Positions 48,598 to 57,350 of a stretch of 62,379 nucleotides of DNA are shown here, in pieces (position 1 is the stretch's first letter; each line of letters starts with the position of its first letter). The notes beneath the pieces are model-generated. The model had not been told where the DNA came from. It saw only the letters and a list, made by a program, of their open reading frames with translations, and did not search any database. The stretch spans positions 1 through 62,379 of the forward strand of contig CAZRNY010000002.1 of the NCBI GenBank assembly GCA_964601595.1. The letters run 5' to 3'. The stretch is from an uncultured Candidatus Saccharibacteria bacterium (GTDB taxonomy: Bacteria > Patescibacteriota > Minisyncoccia > UBA6257 > Colwellbacteraceae). The position numbers and the translations under genes are program-made.

Positions 48598-48729
48598 GCG
48601 AGAGGGACTCGAACGTTGAAGGGGGTCGGGGGAAGATTCTAAATCTTCCTCCGTGTAGGAAGAGATTAGGAACCGAGGGTTCTTAAAGCGCAACCCGAAG
48701 GGCGAGTAGTAAGATTCCTCTCTCGCGCA
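48598..48729. repeat. tRNA-Leu-end-derived inverted-repeat element X2
   Basis: Left end 'gcgagagggactcgaac'; right end 'tcctctctcgcgcac' (15 nt identical to the tRNA 3' end). An internal hairpin is 'ggaagatt cta aatcttcc'. It is followed by a terminator palindrome (48733-48773) resembling the one after the real tRNA. Confidence 0.55.
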
Positions 48730-48784
48730 CCAGATATAAAAAGAGAGCTTGTTGCAAGCTCTCTTTTTATATCAAAGTTACTGA

Positions 48785-48880
48785 TCTCTACTGCGAACAG
48801 GTAAATATTCGCTCGGAGTATCGCTCCGCTTCAATACACCTTCGTTTGTTTTTTTGTCTTGTCTCGCTACTGCGATATTC
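48785..48880. repeat. long-hairpin intergenic repeat, copy D
   Basis: 'ctactgcgaacaggtaaatattcgctcggagtatcgctccgcttcaatacaccttcg...cttgtctcgctactgcgat' is closest to copy B. Confidence 0.65.
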
Positions 48881-49041
48881 CAAGCGCCTTGTATGATGAG
48901 AGCGAAAATAGAATCTATTTTCCTAATGGTGAAATCACCGGAAAGGGAGATGAGAAGTGTTATTATTTCGAAAGTGCGAGAGAAAGCTGTGAGGCTATTT
49001 GGAGGGATAGCCGATCATAAAGAAGATATGTATATACACCG

Positions 49042-49077
49042 AGCCCCGCCTTTTTAAAGGGCGGGGCTTGTTTTTTA
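49042..49077 (+). terminator. strong plus-strand terminator with no obvious gene upstream
   Basis: Stem 'agccccgcc/ggcggggct' followed by 'tgtttttta'. Confidence 0.6.
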
Positions 49078-49110
49078 TTATAAGATTTAGCGAGATAACA
49101 GTATTTCGCT

Positions 49111-49563
49111 TTAGAGGACTTCGATACGCAATTCTTTTACTCCGAACTTGAGAGCTTCTTCTCTTGATTGGAACCAGATATCCATTTTCTGGTCGTTTTT
49201 CGGATGCATCCTGTCATCAACAGTGAAGACCTGATTTCCGTAAACTTCCGGAATGCGGACCTTAGCTCCTAGCGGCAGCCAATTCGCAGCGACTATCCCA
49301 GACCTGACAGTATTACCTGAGGCCGTTATGAAGGGAGTATCGTCAGTCTGACCTTCCTCCGAAGAGTAACCGGTCACGACTACTGCCACAGACCTTTTAG
49401 AAGAGAACTCGTTCTTAGCAAGAAGCGAATCGTCCCCAGGAACAACATAAGGATAGTTATGTACTATCGGTGCGGTGGCTAACTCCTGGCCATCGGTGAG
49501 GTGGCTCGAGAAGAAAAGTCCAGAAACCGCCATAGCTGCTCCCAACACGAGCGACTTACTCAT
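49111..49563 (-). CDS. 3D-domain (MltA-like double-psi barrel) cell-wall protein
   Basis: Signal/TM N-terminus and 'GYSSEEGQTDDTPFITASGNTV..GIVAAN.LPLGAKVRIP......FTVDDRM......DIWF', typical of 3D-domain proteins. Confidence 0.75.
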   Translation of the reverse strand: MSKSLVLGAAMAVSGLFFSSHLTDGQELATAPIVHNYPYVVPGDDSLLAKNEFSSKRSVAVVVTGYSSEEGQTDDTPFITASGNTVRSGIVAANWLPLGAKVRIPEVYGNQVFTVDDRMHPKNDQKMDIWFQSREEALKFGVKELRIEVL

Positions 49564-49798
49564 TTGGTGTAATAAAAAACTCCCTCTCGGGAATTACTTA
49601 TTACGAGGTAAATTATAAACTTGGTAAGCTCAAAAAGTCAAGGTATTTTGGCCAAAAACCGCATAAAACCTAGGGTTTTTGAGGGTCTGCTGGCTGCTTA
49701 TTTAGCCAGCCGAGCCCTATCTATGGGCCTACTAACGTTTCCATTTTGGACGGCCGTCAAGAATGGAAACAGCTATCAAGTAGGCTATAATCACTCTC

Positions 49799-50335
49799 GT
49801 GATCGAACATTCGACCTGGGCAATCGTCCTAAAAAGAGAGTCAACTAAGGAAAAGGACGACGACTATACCCTCTTTACCTGGCATCTTGGAAAAGTGAAG
49901 GCAAGGACGGCTTCGACCAGGAAAATAACTTCGAAACTAGCGGGGCATCTGGAACCGGGAACGATAGGTCAGGTCCGTATAGTTCAGAGAAACCCAGAAA
50001 GCCCGATGAGACTTATCGAGGCGTTAGCTGAAACAAGGACAAAGGATCCGCAAGCGATAAAGGTTCTGGAATTTGCCGAAAAGATAACGCCGTTTCATGA
50101 AGAGGATCATGCCCTCTTTATTACTCTTAAAAGAGCGGTGATAGATGGAGTCGATGAGAGATCCGGGTTCAGAAAGATATTGGCTCTTTCCGGATTTGAT
50201 CCGAAAGGCGCTTCGTGTGATTGGTGTGGCTCCAAAAAAATTGCCTATTTCCTGCCTGAAGATATAATTTTTCTATGCAAACAGTGCCTCGAAAAGAGGA
50301 AGGACATGGTTTCAAATGGGGGCGCATCGCAATAA
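49799..50335 (+). CDS. recO: DNA repair protein RecO (short form)
   Basis: N-terminal OB-fold pattern 'AIVLKRESTKEKDDDYTLFTWHLGKVKARTASTRKITSKLAGHLEP' and a C-terminal zinc motif 'CDWCGSKK....FLCKQC'. Confidence 0.6.
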   Translation: MIEHSTWAIVLKRESTKEKDDDYTLFTWHLGKVKARTASTRKITSKLAGHLEPGTIGQVRIVQRNPESPMRLIEALAETRTKDPQAIKVLEFAEKITPFHEEDHALFITLKRAVIDGVDERSGFRKILALSGFDPKGASCDWCGSKKIAYFLPEDIIFLCKQCLEKRKDMVSNGGASQ

Positions 50336-51969
50336 CCGGAGGAATAGTCCTTCTCGCCGTCGTTATTGGAGTATTTATGTTCCTTTCGAGGGGAAGGGAT
50401 GTCCAGATATCCATAGATATAAATGGACCGGTCAGGCTTGGAGAACCCTTTGATATCGAGGTTATCGCGGAGAATGGAAGCACGGAGACTCTTCGCGATG
50501 TCTCTCTTTCGCTTACTCTTCCTGAAGGAGTTTCCTTTTCGGATGGCGCAAGCGCGAGGAGAGTGAAAAAAATCGGCGTAATGGAACCAGGGGGATCGAA
50601 TAAGGAGATATTCAGGGTTATTGTCTCTGAAGATAAGGATGGAGAAGAAGTGCTCAGGGCGGAGGCTAGCTATATACCGAAGTCTCTTGGCAGGGAGATG
50701 AAAGTATTTTCTGAATCTTTTCTCGAAATAGAGAAGTGGCTGACTCTTTCTATAGAAGCGCCGGAGAAGGCGATTTCTGGAGAAGATTTCCAGTGGGTCG
50801 CTTCCTATAAAAATAACTCTGATAAGGAGTGGAAGATAAAGCTTTTGGCAGATTTACCTGAGGGATTAGAGACCGACTTCAAGGAAAGCGAGATAGCGAT
50901 CGCTCCGAATGAGGAAGGAAAGAAGAGTTTCTCGGGAAGCATAATCATGGAAGAGGGTTCTTCTTTTGAGATAAGGACTTATGCTAAGGGTAAGATTGGA
51001 GATAAGGAACAAGAGATCGATTCCGTAAGGATTCAGGTTCTTATCGCTCCTTCTCCTCTTTCGATAAAGATATCGACTGAAGACGATAAGGATCAGATAT
51101 CGGTAGGAGAAAAAATCGAGTATGCCGTTTCGGTAAGAAACTCAACCGATGTTCCTATGCAGAATGTGACCGTGAGAGCTGTTTTGAAAGGCGGGATGAT
51201 AGATATCGAGGGATTAGAATCCTCGGGTACGATAGATAAAGCGAATAAGCTTATAGTCTGGAATATCGACAATGCATCCGAGCTTAAGGAGATAGCTCCT
51301 AGGTCTTCGGTTTCTTTTCCGGTGGTTGTTCCGATAAAAGAAGATTTTTCCATAAAGAAGCTTTCGGATAGGAATTTTATCGTGAGGATGGATGTGCGTG
51401 CAGAATCGCCGACGGTTCCATATCTTACTAAAAGTCTGAAAACGGTAAATATCGCTTCCAAAGAAATAAAGATAGCGGGGAAGCTCATGGTAGATGCAAC
51501 TGCTTTTTTCCGTGACGCGAAGTCGGGAATAATGAATGAGGGGGATCTGCCATTCCAGTCGGGCGTTCCGATAAACTTGACTATCCATTGGAAGGTTGCC
51601 GATTACGGGAATGATATGGAGAATATAAGTATATCGGCAGAGCTTCCGAGTGGCGTGGAGCCAACAGATAGCAAAATGGCCGATGCGGGAGACCTATCGT
51701 ATGTAGCTGGAGAGAGGAAAATGGTTTGGAAGATACCGAAGGTTCTTGCAACCCAAGGAATACTCTCAAAAGAGCTGGAAGCAATCTTTCAACTGAAAGT
51801 AATTCCTTCGTCATCTTCTGTCGGCGGTTTTGCCCCTATTCTTAAAGAAACTTCAGTTGAGGCGACAGACTTGTTTACGGGATCGAAATATCAAGGTTAT
51901 GATGCGGCAATAGACTCATCCCTTGAGGATGACCCAACGATCGGCTCGATGGACGGAATAGTCAGATAA
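50275..51969 (+). CDS. membrane-anchored protein with repeated beta-sandwich (CARDB/DUF11-like) modules
   Basis: N-terminal TM helix followed by ~4-5 repeats of ~100 aa with alternating beta patterns. The first ATG overlaps recO by ~60 nt. Confidence 0.55.
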   Translation: MQTVPRKEEGHGFKWGRIAITGGIVLLAVVIGVFMFLSRGRDVQISIDINGPVRLGEPFDIEVIAENGSTETLRDVSLSLTLPEGVSFSDGASARRVKKIGVMEPGGSNKEIFRVIVSEDKDGEEVLRAEASYIPKSLGREMKVFSESFLEIEKWLTLSIEAPEKAISGEDFQWVASYKNNSDKEWKIKLLADLPEGLETDFKESEIAIAPNEEGKKSFSGSIIMEEGSSFEIRTYAKGKIGDKEQEIDSVRIQVLIAPSPLSIKISTEDDKDQISVGEKIEYAVSVRNSTDVPMQNVTVRAVLKGGMIDIEGLESSGTIDKANKLIVWNIDNASELKEIAPRSSVSFPVVVPIKEDFSIKKLSDRNFIVRMDVRAESPTVPYLTKSLKTVNIASKEIKIAGKLMVDATAFFRDAKSGIMNEGDLPFQSGVPINLTIHWKVADYGNDMENISISAELPSGVEPTDSKMADAGDLSYVAGERKMVWKIPKVLATQGILSKELEAIFQLKVIPSSSSVGGFAPILKETSVEATDLFTGSKYQGYDAAIDSSLEDDPTIGSMDGIVR

Positions 51970-51982
51970 AACGAAAAACAAA

Positions 51983-53329
51983 ATGGCAAACACGGAGAAT
52001 AATTCCCAGAAGATGGATAAGATAATCTCTCTCGCGAAACAGAGAGGTTTTGTCTATCCCGGAAGCGAAATATATGGCGGACTTCAGAATGCCTGGGACT
52101 TTGGGCCTCTGGGAGTCGAGCTTAAGAAGAATATCAAGGATGAGTGGTGGAACTGGTTCGTGAGAAGAAGGGGAGATATGACTGGTGTAGAGACGGCTCT
52201 CATCATGAACACGAAAGTCTGGGAAGCGTCGGGACATATCTCTAATTTCACCGATCCTCTTTCTGAGTGCGAAAAATGCCATAAGAGATTCCGTACCGAT
52301 TATCTGGAAGATAAAGATAAGTGTCCGGAATGCGAAGGACATCTTCTCGAAGCGAAGCAATTTAATCTCATGCTTACGACTCATCTCGGTGCTTCTGAAG
52401 ATAAGGCTTCCGAAGCCTATTTCCGTCCCGAGACGGCGCAGGGAATGTTTGTCGATTTCAAGAATGTACTAGATTCTTCAAGAAGGAGACTTCCTTTCGG
52501 TATCGCTCAGATTGGAAAAGCATTCCGTAACGAGATCACTCCCGGAAATTACATTTTCCGAACGAGAGAGTTCGAGCAGATGGAGATAGAGTATTTCATC
52601 AACATTCCGAAAGAGGATTCCGAGTGGGAGATTGCTTTCGAACAGTGGAGACTCGATATGAGAGAGTGGATGAATCATATCGGCCTAAGAGAAGAAGATA
52701 TCTACGAGCTGGATGTTCCAAAAGAGGATCTTGCTCACTATTCGAAGAAGACTATCGATTTCGAATACAAGTTCCCGTTCGGGCAGAAAGAGCTTTACGG
52801 CTTGGCTTACCGAACTAATTTCGATCTCAGTAATCATGGAGAGAGGAGCGGACAGAACATAAAATACCGCGATCCGATTTCTAACGAAGAATTCTACCCT
52901 CATGTCATAGAGCCGACTTTCGGCGTGGAGAGAACCGTCCTCGCCGCCATGTGTTCCGCTTATAATGAGGAAGAAGTAGGAGGAGAAGAAGGAGAGAAGG
53001 AGACGCGCGTCGTGATGAAATTCCCGAAGTGGCTCGCACCCGTCAAAGCGGCGATACTTCCTCTATCAAAGAAAGAAGAGCTTACTGTTCCCGCCAAGGC
53101 TCTTGCTGACGATTTAAGAAAAGAGTTTGTCGTGGAATACGACGAAACCCAGAGCATCGGAAAGAGATATAGGAGGCAGGATGAGATAGGAACTCCTTAT
53201 TGCATCACTTTCGATTTCGATTCGCTGGAAGATAAGAAAGTTACTGTAAGAGATAGAGATACGATGATTCAGGAGAGAATAGAGATAGCCGGTCTTGCTA
53301 ATTATCTCCATGAGAAGCTCTTCAAATAG
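51983..53329 (+). CDS. glyQS: glycine--tRNA ligase (dimeric class II type)
   Basis: 'GFVYPGSEIYGGLQNAWDFGPLGVELKKNIKDEWW', 'FRNEITPGNYIFRTREFEQMEIEYF', C-terminal anticodon-binding domain. Confidence 0.93.
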   Translation: MANTENNSQKMDKIISLAKQRGFVYPGSEIYGGLQNAWDFGPLGVELKKNIKDEWWNWFVRRRGDMTGVETALIMNTKVWEASGHISNFTDPLSECEKCHKRFRTDYLEDKDKCPECEGHLLEAKQFNLMLTTHLGASEDKASEAYFRPETAQGMFVDFKNVLDSSRRRLPFGIAQIGKAFRNEITPGNYIFRTREFEQMEIEYFINIPKEDSEWEIAFEQWRLDMREWMNHIGLREEDIYELDVPKEDLAHYSKKTIDFEYKFPFGQKELYGLAYRTNFDLSNHGERSGQNIKYRDPISNEEFYPHVIEPTFGVERTVLAAMCSAYNEEEVGGEEGEKETRVVMKFPKWLAPVKAAILPLSKKEELTVPAKALADDLRKEFVVEYDETQSIGKRYRRQDEIGTPYCITFDFDSLEDKKVTVRDRDTMIQERIEIAGLANYLHEKLFK

Positions 53330-53345
53330 TCAAATAGAAACTGAT

Positions 53346-53375
53346 TTGACTGCTTGATAGCATGAAGTCTATATT
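53346..53375 (+). promoter_or_regulatory. putative promoter for a leaderless M16 peptidase mRNA
   Basis: TTGACT (53346-53351), 18-nt spacer, TATATT (53370-53375). The ATG follows 6 nt later and there is no SD. Confidence 0.4.
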
Positions 53376-53381
53376 TCGCAA

Positions 53382-54665
53382 ATGAACAGCCTTCCATATA
53401 TCAAGAAGGTTATGCCGAACGGCCTGCGATACATATTCGTACCGCAACCTCAGAGCATGGCTACGACTGCGTTAATCCTCGTCTCGACGGGGTCAGAATA
53501 CGAGACAAAAGAGATAAACGGCATTTCTCATTTCCTTGAGCATCTCTGTTTCAAGGGAACCGCAAATCGCCCGAAGGCGGACATGATCGCGTCTGAACTT
53601 GATAGTCTTGGTGCTGAATACAATGCTTTTACCGGTAATGAACTGACCGGTTATTACGCGAAGGCGGCAAACAAGAACTTTGAAAAGATACTTGATGTCG
53701 TTACTGACCTCTACCTTAATCCGATAATAGATGCCGCGGAGATGGATAAGGAGCGGGGAGTGATAATCGAGGAAATCAACATGTACGAAGATCTTCCCAT
53801 GGAAAAGGTTCGCGAAAATTTCAGCGCTCTTCTCTATGGCGATCAGCCGGCGGGATGGAGCGTCGCAGGAAGAAAAGAAGTCATCCGTTCTCTTACGAGA
53901 GAAGATATCATCTCTTATCGCGCGAAGCACTATGTCGCTCCGAAAACGACTGTCGTTATTGTGGGCGGGATAGAAAATGATCCTAAGGAACTCGTGATGA
54001 AACATTTCGCGAATATCCCTTCTGGAGAAGCTATTAAGAAACCGAAGACGATAGAATCGCAGAGCGGTCCGCAGATCGACTTATTCGATAAAAAGACTGA
54101 TCAGATTCATCTCATTTTAGGCGTGCGTGCTTTCGATCTTTTCGATAAGAGGAGATATCCACTCGCTGTTCTTTCGGATATACTCGGCGGATCAATGTCT
54201 TCTAGGCTTTTCAGAAAAGTGCGTGAGCAGATGGGCGCCGCCTATTATGTCCGCAGCTCGGCTGATCTTGGATCCGATGCTGGGGCGCTCGTCATCTCTA
54301 CCGGAATAGACAGGTCCCGCATCCATGAGATAACAGAAGCGATCGTCGGAGAGATGAAGTCTTTGAGGGACACGCTCGTTTCCGACGAAGAACTTAATAA
54401 GTCCAAGGATCATCTTTCAGGAAGACTGGTCCTTCAGCTCGAGACTTCCGATGAAGTGGCTGCCTTCTACGGCACCGACGAGGCGACTGCTGGAATGGTC
54501 CGGACTCCTGAGGAAATACTTGAAGGGATTAAGAAGGTAACCGCTGAAGATGTTATGTCTGTCGCGAGAGATATCATGAAGGACGACCTTCTGAATCTTT
54601 CTGCCGTCGGTCCTTTCGGGGATGGGGATAAAGAGTCTCTTGCGGCCATTCTCAAGCTTGACTGA
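53382..54665 (+). CDS. M16 family (pitrilysin-like) zinc peptidase
   Basis: Inverted zinc motif 'HFLEHLCFKGT' (HxxEH) and a downstream 'E' region; 427 aa. Confidence 0.85.
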   Translation: MNSLPYIKKVMPNGLRYIFVPQPQSMATTALILVSTGSEYETKEINGISHFLEHLCFKGTANRPKADMIASELDSLGAEYNAFTGNELTGYYAKAANKNFEKILDVVTDLYLNPIIDAAEMDKERGVIIEEINMYEDLPMEKVRENFSALLYGDQPAGWSVAGRKEVIRSLTREDIISYRAKHYVAPKTTVVIVGGIENDPKELVMKHFANIPSGEAIKKPKTIESQSGPQIDLFDKKTDQIHLILGVRAFDLFDKRRYPLAVLSDILGGSMSSRLFRKVREQMGAAYYVRSSADLGSDAGALVISTGIDRSRIHEITEAIVGEMKSLRDTLVSDEELNKSKDHLSGRLVLQLETSDEVAAFYGTDEATAGMVRTPEEILEGIKKVTAEDVMSVARDIMKDDLLNLSAVGPFGDGDKESLAAILKLD

Positions 54666-54688
54666 TTGCGGTATTATTCGAGTAATAT

Positions 54689-55720
54689 ATGCCGCAGATC
54701 GAAATAAGCTGGAATTCTCTTTGGAAGGTATTCGCCTTAGTCATCTTCAGCGCGGCTTTTTTTCTTGCAAAGGACGCTATCCTTGCGCTTGCGCTTGCGA
54801 TAGTGATATCTGCAGCTCTTGATGAGCCTGTCAGTTTCTTGGCTGAGAAGTTTAGACTGCCAAGGTTCGTAGGAGCGGTGTTTATATACCTTTTTGGACT
54901 AGCGCTCGTAGCGGCAGCTTTTTCGATCGTATTACCTGTTGTTCTACTCGAAATAACCTCTCTTGCAACGGAGCTTTCTGGTACGACTGCCGGTTCGGCA
55001 ATACTTGATATCAAGGGGCTCATTAAGGCGGCAGGAAGTGGATTTTCTATCACGACCATAAGCCAGCTTTCGGAGATACTTCTCAAAGGAGCGTCTCCTT
55101 TCGCATCCACGGTGGGAAACATATTAGGCGGAATAACATTTGTCCTCTCCGTCCTTGTCATATCTTTCTATCTCACTCTCACTAGAGATGGGGTTGGAGA
55201 ATTTTTGCGAGTTATTCTTCCAGGAAAAATTGAAGAATCCGTTCTCGCTTCCTATTACAGATCAAAGAAGAAGATTGGCCGTTGGTTACAGGCACAGATA
55301 ATGCTTTCTCTTGTGATCGGAACTGTCGTTTCAGGAACGCTTCTTCTCATGAATGTAAAGAACGCTCTTGTTATAGGACTTATTGCCGGATTATTCGAGA
55401 TCATGCCGATCGTTGGACCGATATTCTCTGGCGCTATTGGCGTTCTTATAGCTATGTCTCAATCGTTTTCTCTGGGACTATTCGTGCTTATCGTTTTCGT
55501 CGCGGTACAACAGCTTGAGAATCATATTCTCGTTCCCGTCTTTATGAAGAAAGTAGTGGATATCCACCCGGTTGCAGCTCTCTTTTCGCTGCTTGTTGGA
55601 TATCAAATATTGGGAATAGTAGGCATGATAATCTCCATTCCTATAACGGTGATCGTACAGGACATACTCGAGGTGCGCCTTGAGAAGAAGCGTAAGGACG
55701 CGCTATTATCAGCAGAATAA
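54689..55720 (+). CDS. AI-2E family transporter (PerM-like)
   Basis: About 8 TM helices and a conserved C-terminal region 'IPIVGP..G.....L......L.....V.Q.LE...L.P'. Confidence 0.7.
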   Translation: MPQIEISWNSLWKVFALVIFSAAFFLAKDAILALALAIVISAALDEPVSFLAEKFRLPRFVGAVFIYLFGLALVAAAFSIVLPVVLLEITSLATELSGTTAGSAILDIKGLIKAAGSGFSITTISQLSEILLKGASPFASTVGNILGGITFVLSVLVISFYLTLTRDGVGEFLRVILPGKIEESVLASYYRSKKKIGRWLQAQIMLSLVIGTVVSGTLLLMNVKNALVIGLIAGLFEIMPIVGPIFSGAIGVLIAMSQSFSLGLFVLIVFVAVQQLENHILVPVFMKKVVDIHPVAALFSLLVGYQILGIVGMIISIPITVIVQDILEVRLEKKRKDALLSAE

Positions 55721-55723
55721 CTG

Positions 55724-57229
55724 ATGCCTAAGAAAGGGATTAAAAAGAAGGCTTTAAAGAAGTCTTCGAAGAAGACTTCCGCCAAAAGGCGGAAATTTTA
55801 TATAACTACCTCGATTGCTTATGCAAACGCAGCGCCACATATAGGACATGCTTTAGAGGTGGTGCAAGCGGATGCGATCGCGAGATACAGAAGATCCATC
55901 GGAGACGAGGTCTTTTTCCTTACCGGTACGGATGAGCATGGAGATAAGATAAATAGGGTAGCGCAGGCTTCCGGAAAAGCGGCAAAAGAGTTCGTCGATG
56001 AGATATCGGCGAAATTCAAGGGATTGAAGAAAACCCTTTCTTTATCGTGGGACGGATTCGTAAGAACGAGCGATAAGAAAAAGCATTGGCCCGGAGTGTA
56101 TAAGATTTTCGAAAGACTGGAAAAATCCGGAGATATATATAAGAAGGAATACGAAGGGCTTTATTGTGTTGGCTGCGAGAAATTCCTAACGGAAAAGGAT
56201 TTGGAAAACGGCGAGTGCCCTCTTCATAGGAAAGCGCCCGAAAAAGTAACCGAAGAGAACTATTTCTTCAGGCTTTCGAGATATGCAAAGAAGATAGAGG
56301 AGGCTATAGGAAAGGGAAAACTGAAAATAGTTCCAGAGACCAGAAAGAACGAGATAATGTCTTTCCTTTCCGAAGGATTGGAAGATATAAGCTTCTCGAG
56401 ATCAGCCGCTTCGGTTCCTTGGGGTATTCCCATAAAAGGGAGTGATCAGACTATATATGTTTGGTGTGATGCATTATCTAATTATATTTCCGCGATAGGT
56501 TATGGCAGGAATGAGGAATCTTTTGCCTTATGGTGGCCTGCGGATGTCCAGCTCATAGGAAAGGATATATATCGCTTCCATGCAATCTTCTGGCCGGCGA
56601 TGCTAATGTCGGCAAAACTTCCTTTGCCTAAGAGACTATATATCCACGGCTTCGTATCGATAGACGGACAGAAGATGTCTAAGTCGATCGGCAATGTAGT
56701 CGATCCGGAAGAGATAGCGGAGAAATACGGAATAGATGCTGTCAGATATTATTTCCTTAAAGAGATACCTTCGGACGGCGATGGAGATTATAGCGAGGTG
56801 AAACTTATCCAGCGCTATAACGATGATCTTGCAAAAGGGATAGGGAATTTCGCTTCGAGAATAACTAATCTCGCTGACGGACTAAGCATATCTTCGAGGT
56901 TTACCGTTTCTCCAAAGATAAAGAAAGAAATCATCCGTGCGGAAAAGAGGATAGCGAAACATATGGATGAATTTAGGATCCATGATGCGATGGCCGCTCT
57001 CATGGACCTTATGAAGTTCGGAGACGGATATATCAACGAGAAACAGCCTTGGAAAAATAAGGATCAGAAAGTCCTGAAGGATCTCGCAGTGATGCTTTCC
57101 GAATTCAACCGGCTGCTTGAGCCATTCCTTCCTGATGCGGCAAAAAAAATTGCGAAAGGAATCCCCGTAAAGAACGGATCGATCAAGGTTAAGAAACTTA
57201 AACCTATATTTCCTAGGATCGATAAATAA
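55724..57229 (+). CDS. metG: methionine--tRNA ligase with a Lys-rich N-terminal tail
   Basis: 'YITTSIAYANAAPHIGHALE' (HIGH) and 'KMSKSIGN' (KMSKS). They are preceded by 'MPKKGIKKKALKKSSKKTSAKRRK'. Confidence 0.93.
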   Translation: MPKKGIKKKALKKSSKKTSAKRRKFYITTSIAYANAAPHIGHALEVVQADAIARYRRSIGDEVFFLTGTDEHGDKINRVAQASGKAAKEFVDEISAKFKGLKKTLSLSWDGFVRTSDKKKHWPGVYKIFERLEKSGDIYKKEYEGLYCVGCEKFLTEKDLENGECPLHRKAPEKVTEENYFFRLSRYAKKIEEAIGKGKLKIVPETRKNEIMSFLSEGLEDISFSRSAASVPWGIPIKGSDQTIYVWCDALSNYISAIGYGRNEESFALWWPADVQLIGKDIYRFHAIFWPAMLMSAKLPLPKRLYIHGFVSIDGQKMSKSIGNVVDPEEIAEKYGIDAVRYYFLKEIPSDGDGDYSEVKLIQRYNDDLAKGIGNFASRITNLADGLSISSRFTVSPKIKKEIIRAEKRIAKHMDEFRIHDAMAALMDLMKFGDGYINEKQPWKNKDQKVLKDLAVMLSEFNRLLEPFLPDAAKKIAKGIPVKNGSIKVKKLKPIFPRIDK

Positions 57230-57307
57230 AGTCATGGTCTGTAACAGAGTGCTTAAGGCTATGGAAGTGACATCGCTTTATAAGGCTCTCAGATAACATT
57301 TATCAAG

Positions 57308-57335
57308 AAGCGCGCCATTGTGGCGCGTTTTTTAG
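57308..57335 (+). terminator. rho-independent terminator after metG
   Basis: Stem 'agcgcgcc attg tggcgcg' plus T6. Confidence 0.7.
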
Positions 57336-57350
57336 TTATAATGAATCAAT

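Noticed and set aside
48201-48693. Minus-strand ORFs of 125 aa and 82 aa spanning the tRNA-Leu(GAG) region.
   Set aside because: They run antisense through a bona fide tRNA, its terminator and the X1/X2 repeats. They have no RBS and their composition is Arg/Ser/Pro-rich. They are chance ORFs in structured GC-richer DNA.
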